Shown here piece after piece: positions 26,033 through 38,364 of a stretch of DNA of 64,000 nt. Origin of the DNA: Fimbriosthenelais zetlandica (taxonomy: Eukaryota); contig OZ365109.1 in the NCBI GenBank assembly GCA_977030845.1, positions 14,260,001 through 14,324,000 of the forward strand, in the 5' to 3' direction. The notes beneath the pieces were generated by a model. That model saw only the letters and a list, made by a program, of their open reading frames with translations. It had not been told where the DNA came from and searched no databases. The number at the start of each line of letters is the position of its first letter. Positions within the stretch are counted from its first letter, which is position 1. Made by a program: the position numbers and the translations under genes.

Positions 26033-28489
26033 TAATGACATCCGAGCAAGAAGTCTTTGGTCATCCAATCCCTGTGTCTTAGTAACATGCCCTTCAGCTT
26101 GATTCATATGAAACCAACTTTAAGCGGGCAATTAAGCCTATCGGGCCATTCCTAATGGATGTGAAGGGGCCTCAGTGTGTGATATGCATAAACAGGTTAG
26201 GTTTTGCAGGATCATTTCCTTGCAGAAGTGAAATGCATCCTAACAGTTCCCTAGTGAAGACGGTGGCACCGTACTTGGCTATCGAGGCCTGCTAATAGAA
26301 TGTGAACATGGCTGTGTATCCTGGGGCCCTGGCAGTCTTTGGGTGCTAGTAAACAAACTTATGAGCATTGACACCAGCCGTTGCCAACACAGATGGCATC
26401 AGGCCGGGCTCTAAACAACACAGGAGCGGCTCAAAGGGACCCGGCACCAAGCATGTGTTGATAAAGGCATAGTTGAGCTCTATATGACCCAGGACAGTTG
26501 GGCCTACAGTTGTGTATCTGTGTGTGGAAGGAAAAGTATCAAATATGTCTGTTCTTTTATAATACATGTACTCACATATGCGGTTGACAATACCTGATTC
26601 TGTTGCTGTAAAATAAAGAATCTATGAACCCTTCTCGACTGACATTAGGATCCTATAGGATGCACAAAGAAATAATATTCCAAAGAATACTTAGTGTCTT
26701 TGCATGGGAAGAGGCAACAAACAACAGTTAGCGACAGTTAGTGGCCCAAAGCATGCTTTGGCCAAGAGGTTCATGAGCTTATGAGAGGAGGGATTTCAAT
26801 GCTGGCTTTGAATCCCAACATGGGTAACACATTTTCTGTCTACATACATTATTTTTGGCTGTATTTTTGCAACTAGTGGATGAATTTTAACAATCTTTAC
26901 ATCAATGGAACCCTTGGGACACCCTTGTTAAGGTAATGAAGGGCTGGCAACCATGTCACTAGAAGTAGGTCAATGGCCGGATATGCAGAAACTCTGAGAA
27001 ACCCGCCATTCATTTGGCCCAATGAGAAATGAGTATAATAGTGCAGGGAAATGGGGTTGGAGTGTACTAAACTGCATGTGATAATGTGTGTCATTCAGAT
27101 TTATCTGCATTCAAAGACTAAATAATTACCGAATGGGTCCTTTTCTAAGGATGGCGCCTTTGCAAAAACTTATCAACAGCAAGACTCATCACATTCAATA
27201 GTCTCTAAGAAGGGTACATGTATATGTAAAATGTATACCGAACTCAGTCCCCTCTTCATTGCATTATTTATCTTTTGCAGCAGCGGTTTCAGACATGTTG
27301 TGCAAAGGGTAAACTATGTGGATGATTTCAGTTAACCTACTGGAATCTAAAAACATTGATCCCATCATCTTATCTAGCAGAGATATACTAAGCACACGTG
27401 TTTTCATTTAGAGGAAGCAGTCGGAGTTTGATCAAAACCAATTTGACTGAATGATGTGAAGTATCATCAGACCCACAGATACAAAACCTGAAAGCTTCGC
27501 CAACCGGCTCTGACTAACATACCTACACTCACCAACCTTCACTCTATACCTGAGAGAGGAGCCTTGTGAACCAGACGTCCATCCATAAGGAGATCACTAC
27601 TTGACTGATCCATCATCCCTGACAGAATTGTGGCACGTGCCTAGCATGGGGGAAAATGCTTATGACGTAAATCCTCCCGAGTAGCGCCGCCTCTAGCGGT
27701 AGTGCGGCCTCAGCTGGTGGCCCTCCGTGGTTTTTATGCATCCAGCCAAAATGGACTGCGTCCTGGTTTTCTTCCCGCGCGAACGCAGTAGGGCGGGCTC
27801 TATACATGCAGTTGTCCCCAAATCCTATTTTTACTAAATAATTCATTTTTGGGTAACATAAACTTCCCACACTTGTAGGTGGTTATCTGTCATATTAGAA
27901 TGCAACTTAGTATCACATTTGCAAATATTTTTATGGCCTAATCGAGGAGAAATACAATGGGAAAAGTATACTGTGGAATTTCTGCCTATGAGCTTATGCA
28001 GTAGACCACCGACATGCCATACTGCCTATTAAATAGGCAGTGAAACCCCGGTTTGAAACTGATGGTCGCAAATGATGTCAAATGTAGATCGAGATGCTTT
28101 AATTATTGTCAAACTTCGACCTAATTATATGTGTATGTGTCCCGACGTGTCTTAAGTTTTTAAAAACAATTATTTTGTAAACGTGGTTATAAATAAAAGG
28201 GAAAGGGCAGACTGTGGCCGTACTGCCAGTGAGCTTATGCATTTGGTCACCTGGTTAGAAACCACAGGAAGTGCAGTAAGATAAATAATTATAGGCCGGG
28301 TATTGCGTTGCAAACTTATCACTTTCCTGTAGGTGTAAGCCTAAGTTACAAATGTGTGAAATGCTACTTTTGGTACACACCTTGTAGGGTGAGAATTCAA
28401 TGAAAAATTGCATAGGGTGAAGTCCTTATATTCAGTCACAACTTTATCATCCTGTCCTTCGGGGATGCTGGTGGGGGAGAAGAGTGGGG

Positions 28490-29141
28490 CATATATACAG
28501 TACTATAATAAGATGATGTAGTATTAAATTCCTACATAATGATATGAATATTTATGAAGCTATATAACTATATCCCGTACATCACCAACCGCGGCCAAAC
28601 CATTAGCCGGTGGTCTACTGCGTAAGCTCATAGGCAGAAGTTCCACAGTATACTTTTCCCATTGTATTTCTCCTCGGAGTGGGTCATATATACAGTACTA
28701 TAGTAGGATGATGTAGTATTAATCTTCCACCTAATTATATGAATATTTGGAATGATTTGTCTTAACTTTTTCATGTAAATTTAAGAAGTTGTATATACTC
28801 GTGTACAGACAGCGGCCAAACCATCAGTCATCCCGCATGTATGGCTCTGCAGTCCATAAAGCCTATTTGATAGGGAGTATGGCCGGTGGTCTACTGCGTA
28901 AGCTCATAGGCAGAAGTTCCACAGTATACTTTTCCCATTCTATTTCTCCTCGGAGAGGGTCATATATACAGTACTATAGTAGGATGATGTAGTATTAATA
29001 TTCCACCTAATTATGTGACTATTTGGAATGATTTGTCTTAACTTTTTCATGTAAATTTAAGAATTTGTATATACTCGTGTACAGACAGCGGCCAAACCAT
29101 CAGTCATCCCGCATGTATGGCTCTGCAGTCCATAAAGCCTA
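28490..29141. repeat. 276-bp tandem duplication: two near-identical copies plus a diverged partial copy
   Basis: GCCGGTGGTCTACTGCGTAAGCTCATAGGCAG begins at ~28607 and ~28883. The ORF track shows identical ORF starts at 28789 and 29065 (276 apart). A diverged partial unit lies at ~28490-28606. Confidence 0.9.
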
Positions 29142-30189
29142 TAGTATTTCACTGCGGAAGCTTTCATATTCAAACACTGTAACTTATCATATCTTACTTA
29201 TTGAAATATGGAAACATATAGGCCTAATTCTGGCTCATTTCTTTCCACTCTGTACATGCATTAGTCCTGTGCTAAGTATGTGAAATGTGTTAAAGCAGCA
29301 GCTAAATCATGGATAATTGTTCACACCTTGTGAGGTGACATTGTCCACTCGCATGAAACATGAATAGTGTTAATTCTTATAACCTAAGCCAGTTTGCGAA
29401 AGCCTACCCTGCTTTCCATTCACAACTCCCCCACCAGTTCCTAACAAATATTATGTCGTTTATTCTTTTGTGCCAACACAGGAAATATATTTCATTACTA
29501 GTATTGAAAACGATAATAAAATCGATTTAACACAGTATGTTCAGAGACCCATGCTTATATATAAGGGACCTATCATTGGATTGTTTGAATCGCTAAGCTT
29601 TTTCGCATTGCATCAGGAGAGTTCTCACTTCCGACTTCCGCCATCTTGTCTCCAATTCAAACAGGTAGGTAATTCATGGTCTTATATTTCTTGATTTTTC
29701 TCCAAACTTTTAGCGAATGCACCTTAACATATAATACTTCAAAATAGTTAAGGTGTTCAAGAACACTTTGTATCCTATTTCGAGTCAATTTATGCCAAGA
29801 CAACGTAGTAATGGAAACATTTTTTAAGCACAATCCCGGGGCATATAATCAAAGATGGCGGGCCTACTCCTACCTGTATGCAAACTTTTATATCATACAG
29901 TCACAGTGTTGGTAACAATACTAACATGTGGTAGGCTATGAGCGCAACACTAGGCTAACACTGACTGTGCACACATTTGAATGCAACTTTATTTTGGGGA
30001 TAATCCCATAAACCTAGGGATAATCCCATACTGCCATATAGACCATTACATGATTATTATTTGTCCTCGAATCAGGTCAGGTACAGACCGGGAGTGCGGC
30101 ATGCATGCTGACCTAATTAGAGACCCACTAGACCCTAGCTTTTTGCTAACACCTGTCCTCACCTGGACAGGTGTCCGCCATCTTGTCAC

Positions 30190-30397
30190 AAATGCACAAA
30201 CACCGCACGCCCCCAAACAAACACATAATAAGGAAACAATCGTTTTAAGGAACCTCCTGACAAGGTAATTTCCCAAACCCATTTGCATAAAAAGTAGTTC
30301 AACAATATTTAATAAATACTTATATATATATTTGCTTTTTTCAGGTTGAACACTGCAGTTCTTAGGCCAGATGATGTTTTCTCTTCGCCAACTTGAG
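30190..30397 (+). other. Candidate 5' exons of the STRA6-like gene
   Basis: YY1-like CCGCCATCTT (~30175), donor CAAG|GTAATT at 30264/5, an 80-nt intron with a polypyrimidine acceptor, and a 53-nt exon 30345-30397 ending GAG|GTATGG. The link to the coding exons 8 kb downstream is inferred. Confidence 0.4.
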
Positions 30398-30699
30398 GTA
30401 TGGGACTGACTTAATAATAATCAGTCAATGGCGTCATGCAAACCCAAGAGTTAAGTGTTACACACATGTCGATTTGACTTCTGATCTGGTCATTCTTTTA
30501 AATGAAGAAATTCCCTTTCACTTAATCATGTCATATTTCTAATGTAATTATAAAAAGGACTGTGATAAAAGCTAAGTGGGTGTCGCTTGACAAAGAGTGT
30601 GAAAATGATATTCTTACACGTAATGTCAGTTCTCAACTTTATTAATTTTAATTTCAGACATTTCTTTTAGTAATACCGATCGAGAACTAATTAAGAACA

Positions 30700-31004
30700 T
30701 CCAAGGACCACAAGTAGTGTCCCGATATCAACTCGTCAATAATAATTTCAACCTGCAACATATCACCTGCCCATCCACCTACATCTCTACCTACCATCTG
30801 CCAAGACACATGACCTTCAATGAAGACTTGACCAATCGAACAACAAAACGCATCAGTTTGTGTATAAAGAAGGAACCATATTCTCATAACTCGTCGACTC
30901 AACTACCAGTCAGAATGGAAATTAATTCTAGAAACAGACTAGATGAAAAGATTAAATCTTTGTATAAACATATTGTTATCTGTGAAAATGAAAACTTAAA
31001 CTAA
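30700..31004 (+). mobile_element. Possible 3' fragment of a retroelement (CR1/L2 C-terminus, or Penelope-like GIY-YIG remnant)
   Basis: The ORF tail RTTKRISL..KEP....LP...S.N...KIKS loosely fits a CR1/L2 ORF2 end. Another frame gives RRLNYQSEWKLIL..RLN, loosely like GIY-YIG termini. Ambiguous. Confidence 0.25.
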
Positions 31005-31009
31005 AACAT

Positions 31010-31385
31010 AATTCCTCCCCATCCATCCGCCTACCTCCTCTACTCAGTAACCTTTCTCATCCATGCCTTCCCTGATCCACCTGTCTTTGTCTCTTTCTGA
31101 TCTCATCTCCCTCCTCTTTCCCCCTCCCCTCCCTCCTCCCCCCACTCATTCCCTCTCCCCTCCCTGCTCCTCCCCCATACGTTCCCTGCTCATTATCACC
31201 CCCTTTTGCTTTTCCCCCGCGTTCACCCCTCTTGTCTCCCATCTCTACTCCTTATCTCCTCTCCTTCTTTACCCTGTCATCGTCTCTCATATCCACCTCT
31301 CAGTATCACCCCTGGTTCTCCCCCCCCCCCCGACTGCCATCTCGACCCCCCCCCCCTCTCCCTACGTCTCTGTTTCTACCTAAAA
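31010..31385. repeat. Polypyrimidine (C/T-rich) low-complexity tract
   Basis: Near-continuous C/T runs, including C11 and C9 runs. These explain the Pro/Ser/Leu-rich and Gly/Arg-rich spurious ORFs at 31057-31535. Confidence 0.9.
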
Positions 31386-34300
31386 CCCATTACCCCAACG
31401 CTCCTATCCCGCCTTTTCAGGGCTTACTGCAACCCTGGAAATGTAGGCCTAACATTTAATTTTTCTTATCAGCTACACAGATCCATAATTGTTTGGAACA
31501 TTTTCCTCCCTATAATTGTATGTTTGTGTATTTAACAGACTGGTTTAAGGTTTAGTACTAGGCCCATCATTATTTCACTTTTAACCATTCAGTTTAAATT
31601 GATATTAATTAGGGTTGCTAAATATTATTTATCCCATCTGCGTGAATCCATGTAGCTTGTGCATAATTGAATCTTTCGTAAAATTTTATTATGCAAAAAG
31701 TACCTTTTTTGAGGTACCTTATTTTTCGTCTGTTTCATCTAACCCGAGATGAATGCTTGATGATCAATATTGTGTATCAGCATATTTTATAGCATGGTTT
31801 GGTCCATCATTTTACACGTTTATTGGATCATTATATCTACATTTATTTTATTATGATGTCAAAGTGATCTTTATGCAAAATAAAAATACATAAGCACAAT
31901 GTATATCTTGCCTTTCTTACTACCAAGGACTGGTACTATTCTTGATTGTGGCCATGATATAGACTCCATAATGAAACTATATCGTGGTCAATTTCAATAA
32001 TAGGACTGGTCACTTTTACCTAAGAAAACTAATAAAAAAAATTTAATCCTAAAAAGGGGGGACCCCATGCTGAATCCGCTTTTGCCGCGGTGGTATACTG
32101 CGTGAGCGTCCCCAGGTTATAACGCTGTCTCTGTACCCGAGAAAAACGCTGTGCTTGTCGCGCGGTGGTATACTGCGGCCGCTCACCGGGTGGGAAGTCA
32201 GAAAACTTCCACGGTGGAACAGGCTTTATGGACTGCAGAGAAAGCCATGCGGGACGCCTGATGGTTTTCCCGCAGTTCGTGTCGCTCGGGCTGGCAACTA
32301 CTATTGGTGATGATAACCCTTGATTACCTTTCGCCAGCCCATCTGGGGCAACTGACCTTTGGTGAAGCACAAATTTGTTCATTTCGAGGGTCCTCCCCCT
32401 GACTTCTACAAATGAATCAGATGTATTGGACTAATAGTTCAGGTTAATGTTTCCATCTTTGAAGGGGATAACGCCTTGGGAACTGTTTGAACTCTGCAAA
32501 TGAATGGAACATGGTCTTGTTGGCGTTGCCAGCAGTTTTTCAGCCCAGTTCTATACAGCAACTATCTTCGCTTGAAAGACTATACATACAAGTACACCCC
32601 TACTGGGCTTTCTTTAGAGTTTCCTGTACAACTCCTAGTGTCTAGAGAACTGGACATGCCTGCAATTCATCCCATGTTCTTCACACTTTGCACTACTATG
32701 TTTCATTTACCTTTGTTTCAGTTCCTATGGCTTGAATCCAAGAAATAAACCCAAGGAAGACAAACTTCTCACAACAAAATCGAGCACAATACCCTGTCAG
32801 AAATCTACCAAATTCCCTAAGGTTATTAGGCACACTGATCCTCTTGCTGTTGTAACCAATGCAAGGAATGAGAGGATTAAGCCTGGAACACACTAATCCG
32901 AATCTCCAACCCATCGCCATCCGAACCCCAATTTCTAATGGCATCCAATGACTGAAATTATGTCAGTGGTTAGCCTTACCTTGGTGTAATGGACTGTTCA
33001 AATTACAAACATTTGGTGTGAATAGAAATATATTTTCGGACAGCTATCTATGAGCTATAGACTCATTTTTAGGGTGTATGACAACCTAGAACACATTGAA
33101 AAAGAATACATCTGGTGCGGCACAACACCGGCATTGCCAGGCTCTGGAGCAGACCAAGTTGCTCTTTCTACCTGTGTTCGTATTTATAGTTACGCCAGCC
33201 TCAAGGGGCGAATGATGAATCCCCTCACACAATATCTGCAGAGGTCCATTTCTTAGACCAGGCCCACCAGTCCATGGCCTCCTCCCTCTGATAGCAATAT
33301 CTTAGACACGTGTAGCAACACACGCCCCAGCCACCAATTCCCACTTCATCCTGTTCCAATTTTACTCCAAATACGATTATATTTACCTCGTCTACTCTAC
33401 CTGAGTCAATGCAAGGTCAACCAAAAAGGCTGACCTCATTCAATTCGAAAATTTAAAAAGACATCAACGACCAATTAGGCCCAGATTATGAAGGAATTTG
33501 AAGTAATATTCTCATTATTGAATTAGGTAAGCAAAGTATAATTTTTAGGAAGTTGATAACAGGTTGAATAAAAAATGATGCCTGTCAAAGACAAGTAATA
33601 CAACCTTGGTAACACAGTCATACAACATATTTGAGCATTCATGAAAATCTAGACTCTCTAAATTGACTATAAATATGACAAATATGACAGTGAAAATTCT
33701 TCATCTCATGGATATAAACATTTCTTAGTATAAACTATGACTCAGGAGTTGAATCATTGCCTCCTTACATTGAAATCATTAAAACAGGATTCAAGAAGAT
33801 ACCCCTAAAATATTGTAAGTGTTACACATGCAAGCATAATCAATGGGTATCCCCATGAAAAGAAACGAAGAACACTTTGAGGTTAGAGATACAAGGTCAA
33901 AATGCGCGTGTAATGTGACTAGGCCACAGGTATGGGTTGGATAGATAGAAGGATGGAGTAAAGTCGGGAGTACTGGAAGAAGGTGAGATTACGATAGGCA
34001 TTGATGTGTCAGAGTTGTAAGAGAAAACAGTTGTTACTGACATAGCCAGCAGCCTTGTGGTATGTGAGTGGAATGCTTCCAATCGTATCTCATGCGCCTC
34101 ATTGGATCGCATACATATCAACTGACAGTGACTATGATCAGCATATTATCAAGGTTCAAGAACTACCATGCAATGCTTTCAGTAACCTTATGTTACCTCA
34201 GAACTGGCATGCAAACTTCTCTCTGCAGTGTAGGTAGGCTACATTATATTCCTGATATCCCTAATGGCAATCCTAGTCATTTAGGCCTGTTACATACAAC

Positions 34301-37300
34301 TCTGAACTATAAGTTTTAACTTTCAAGATGGTACAAGATATGAGGGTCCATGAAGTCATAGGCCTATATAAGCGGCAGTTTATGTTCCTATCACTAATCA
34401 AAGATTTAGAATATTCATAAAGCACAATAATTATACGGTATTTCATTCATTTATAATTATTTCGTATGAATTCGTGAATAAACGACAGTAGATTGTGTAA
34501 AAGGAAATTGCCCAGGACCAGAATAGAAGACATGCTTGAATGAGTTACTTACTTGATCATGCCGTCCTTGGTTCCCATGACCTTGACTTTATCCGGGTCG
34601 TAGTTGAGCTTTCTCGGCGTGGCCGCAAATAAGTTATACATAACACTAGGATTAGCCATAAAATCAGTCCAGAAACAAACCGTCAAAGGCTTGATCTGTT
34701 CTGAGTCTTTGGATCGGACCTTCACGAGGTCCCTGGCCAGAGACAACATGGTTGTCGGCCGATGTTTGTCTGTCTGTCTCCTTCCGCCACTAAATTATCG
34801 GCACGGTTACTATTAGCTGCTGGTCGTGATGGTACAGGGGTGTGGTAGTAGTGGTATAGCCCGGTAATATGCTCTATCGTAACTCGAGCGATGAAGAAGC
34901 ATGGAAAACTCAAGGAGGAGAAGAAACTCTAGGACTACAGGAGTTCTAATACAGTTCCCTGCGAGCTGCAGAGCTGCAAGTGAGCAACCGCTTGTAGGAG
35001 CAGTTCCCCCTCCGCTTCTTCTTCTTCCTCCTCCTCCTCCCCCACACCTTCACCACCTCTAGTTTCTTGTCCGCTCGGGTAATGAAATATCCAATAAGTG
35101 TGGTATTAAATGTATATCAGTTGGATTATATAATAATGCTGGGAAGGGAACGTATAGAGGTCTAACCAATGACTCGGTTATCTCATGCAGAATGATTCTG
35201 GATGCGGGGCTCATCTGTGGTAGACCTGATGAGGCCGGTGGCCAGTTTTTAATCCTACAGGCTCAAATGATGAGGATGATGAGTAGCTCACAGGGCCCTA
35301 TCCAAGTAGACCTGCTCCCACCACTGGAGCTGGTCAGACCTGCTGCTAGCTTATAACTTACTCTATCTCTCTCTTTATCTTACTCTGTCTCTCTTTCTAC
35401 TCTTACTCCACTCTGTGTGCTTGAGAAGCTGCTGGCTGGCAGAGCTTATAGTTTTTATCGTGTCAGAAGCCTGGATAGAGAGAGAGATGGGGAAGAGGAG
35501 AGAGTCTTACTCGCCAGAGTTACTCACTGCCCGTGAGTAGAGAACTAGTGCAAGCAAGCCTTGAAGGTAGTAGTGCTGAACCCCACGGGGATGTGGCATG
35601 CCAAGGGATGAGGGCAACATGGGGTGGGGTGGAAAAATTCTCAACAAGGTACGAGAGGGGAAAATTGCCCACACAACTCAAATTCCAATATTATTCCTTT
35701 GCATCGGTCAGTCCTACAAATATCCTACAAATTAGGCGATTTTATATACCGACTCTCTGGACTTGTTTTAACTTTTAGGTTGTAGAACGTTTTATCATTG
35801 AAAACAAAATATAATGAGGGTTTCTCATCAATTGCATGAAGGACGTTTTAACATAAAAGTAGTGCTAGAAAGCCCTTGGCTGATATACATATTGCCTATA
35901 CCTTTATACTTGGATTCAGGAGCTAAGTTCAATGCACTAGTGCCGAGCCAAGAGTGAGAGTGGGAGAAAACCCCTTGGCCACAGGTTTGGCATCGGTATA
36001 TATACAGGCACCATACTCTTTACCAGTGGGGATCGACTGAAGGTAGATCTTGTGATGTTGGGTTAACCCAGGTCAGGGAACCATGAGGTGCTCAAACATT
36101 TCCACGCGGTCACCCAAAGAGCCAGGGAGAATGGCAAGAATGGGATTTACCTCCCGAGAGGAGGTGGCAAAAAAAGAGGTCAGGAGTAAACCTAAGTAAA
36201 TACTAAATATCACACCCAATTACTTCAGCTAAAATGTACTCAACATTTTTAATGAAGACTGAAATATGACTGAAAGGAAGTATGGAATTTTTTTTCTGAC
36301 ATTCATTACTCAAATATTTTCATTGATATTGCCTTCGATGCCATAGAGGCTTTGAGGGTTTCAGTGCTTAGTCCAGGTGCGGCCTTCTGTTGATGTACGT
36401 CCCTACAGCATCCCAAGTACTCACCAAGGGGAAAATCCTGACATTATCTTCAGAAGAACAAGCCCAACATGCTTCACCATCCACAAATCAACCCAGAAAA
36501 TTTAAGGCTGAATGAATGCCATCTGCGCTGAAGATCCTGGTAACATATGGTGCAGGGAGGGAAAACACACCACCTCACATGAAAATAAAAACAAAATCAA
36601 GCAGATGTGCTAGGCGTCTGGCGACGAGCACTTGTTTAGGCATAATATATTTGTTTTTAAATTGTTTCCCCATAAATAAAACGACAGAATATGGTAGCAG
36701 GATAAATTATTATGGAAAAGGAAGTGCATAACAGCATCGCATGATCTACTTATGAGGTAAAATGAACTTTGGGAATCTGAAAAGGTCACTCAAGGGCATA
36801 TCAAAGCATCTTAAATTTGCATTAAACATTTTTTTAAAGTAAAAAGTGTTATTATGAGTTCGAAGTACGCGAGAAGTAGTCCGCGAAATGAACGTCCGAT
36901 GTGCATCCGATTAAAATATTATGGTATATATCAAGGCCTATAAAATATGAAACTGAGTGCTTGGGACTGAGTGCAGTATAATACTCTCTAATTCCCATTC
37001 TACATTGGAGCCAAGAGTATCTGAGTGGATGAGTGGACGTATCAAGGTGTAATCATGAATGAGATAACCAGATGGTAGGACCTGATGCCTCTTATATTGT
37101 CTATCTCTCCCACTTCAACTCTCTTCTACAGTTTGGGCGAGGTTGTATAAACATTATGCCAATACAATGGAACATTCATTGCTCTCAATTTGTAGTTCCA
37201 CCCAATATCGCGATCCAATCACGACCGTCATACTAACTATGACAAGCATCCAAACGATACGATGACAGTCATGTGACAAGCAGCCAAACGTGAGTAAAAA

Positions 37301-37459
37301 AAATACCATAGCAGTCATGTGACAAGCATCCACACTCGAGTCAAACAATATACATCTGCTTCTTTTGGGATAATTGTTGGCGCTCCTGAAAAGCGACTCC
37401 CTGGAACCGAGTGTATCCCAGAAATAAATAAAGAACTTAAAAATGTTTTTAAAGAAATC

Positions 37460-37945
37460 CATGGCAGTCATGTGACAAGCAGCCAAACTTAAGACAAACA
37501 ATGCCATGACAGTCATGTGACAAGCAGTCAAACTTGAGACAAACAATGCCATGACAGTCATGTGACAAGCAGCCAAACATAAGACAAACAATGCCATGAC
37601 AGTCATGTGACAAGCAGTCAAACTTAAGACAAACAATGCCATGACAGTCATGTGACAAGCAGTCAAACTTGAGACAAACAATGCCATGACAGTCATGTGA
37701 CAAGCAGCCAAACTTGATTCAAACAATACCATGACAGTCATGTGACAAGCAGCCAAACTTCAGTCAAACATTACCATGACATTCATGTGACAAGCAGCCA
37801 AACAATACCATAACAGTCATGTGACAAGCAGCCAAACTTGATTCAAACAATGCCATGACAGTCATGTGACAAGCAGTCAAACTTGAGACAAACAATGCCA
37901 TGACAGTCATGTGACAAGCAGTCTAACTCAAACAATACCATAACA
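37460..37945. repeat. 45-bp minisatellite, about 11 units, with diverged outliers at ~37260-37330 and ~38060-38190
   Basis: Unit CATGACAGTCATGTGACAAGCAG(C/T)CAAACTT(G/A)AGACAAACAATGC. It produces the 15-aa repeat ORFs 37154..37756 and 37449..37703. Confidence 0.95.
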
Positions 37946-37983
37946 GGTATCCTACAGGTAACTATGACAAGCAGCCAGACCTG

Positions 37984-38050
37984 GGGCCTGTTTCACCGTA
38001 AAAATATCCCATAGACTTAGCATTGTTAATGGTTGTTCTGAAACAGGCTC
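37984..38050. mobile_element. 67-bp minimal MITE (Harbinger-like) with CTG target-site duplication
   Basis: GGGCCTGTTTCA ... TGAAACAGGCTC (11/12 inverted match), flanked by CTG at 37981-37983 and 38051-38053. Confidence 0.65.
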
Positions 38051-38364
38051 CTGAGTCAACCAATACCATGACAAACATCCAATACAATAATGTGACTGCC
38101 AAAAAATAAAACATCATGACCTGTCCAACTACTACTGTGACAGCCAACCAATAAAATCACAACGACAAGCTTCAATACTACTGTCACAACCAAGCAATCC
38201 ATCTACAAGCATTAGTCCTAATGCAAATATTTATTCTAGTGTTATCAGTGATCTGTTTATTGACATGGGCAAGGTTCAGTTTATGGTTTGTAGATGAAAA
38301 AGAAGTGCTTCTTTAGTGAGTAGCCTACCTCATCGGACATACAGACCTCTATACTATTCTGGGA

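Noticed and set aside
27685-27725. CTCF-like words (reverse complement CCGCTAGAGGCGGC; GGCCACCAG)
   Set aside because: The core GGGC spacing is broken and only half-sites match.
30070-30115. AGGTCA and TGACCT half-sites near the putative STRA6-like TSS as a retinoic-acid response element
   Set aside because: Spacing (~28 nt) and orientation do not fit DR1, DR2 or DR5.
31057-31535. Pro/Ser-rich and Gly/Arg-rich ORFs
   Set aside because: They are translations of the polypyrimidine tract.
35225-35245. Hammerhead-like CTGATGA-GGCC-ggt-GGCC
   Set aside because: The required GAAA after stem II is absent (AGTT), so at best it is a dead remnant. The reverse-strand CTGATGA at ~22090 lacks a stem II.
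37154-37756. 200-aa minus-strand ORF with a 15-aa hydrophobic repeat
   Set aside because: It is explained by the 45-bp minisatellite and has no independent coding evidence.
37460-37945. CRISPR-like array
   Set aside because: The units are contiguous with no unique spacers, the context is eukaryotic, and there are no cas genes.
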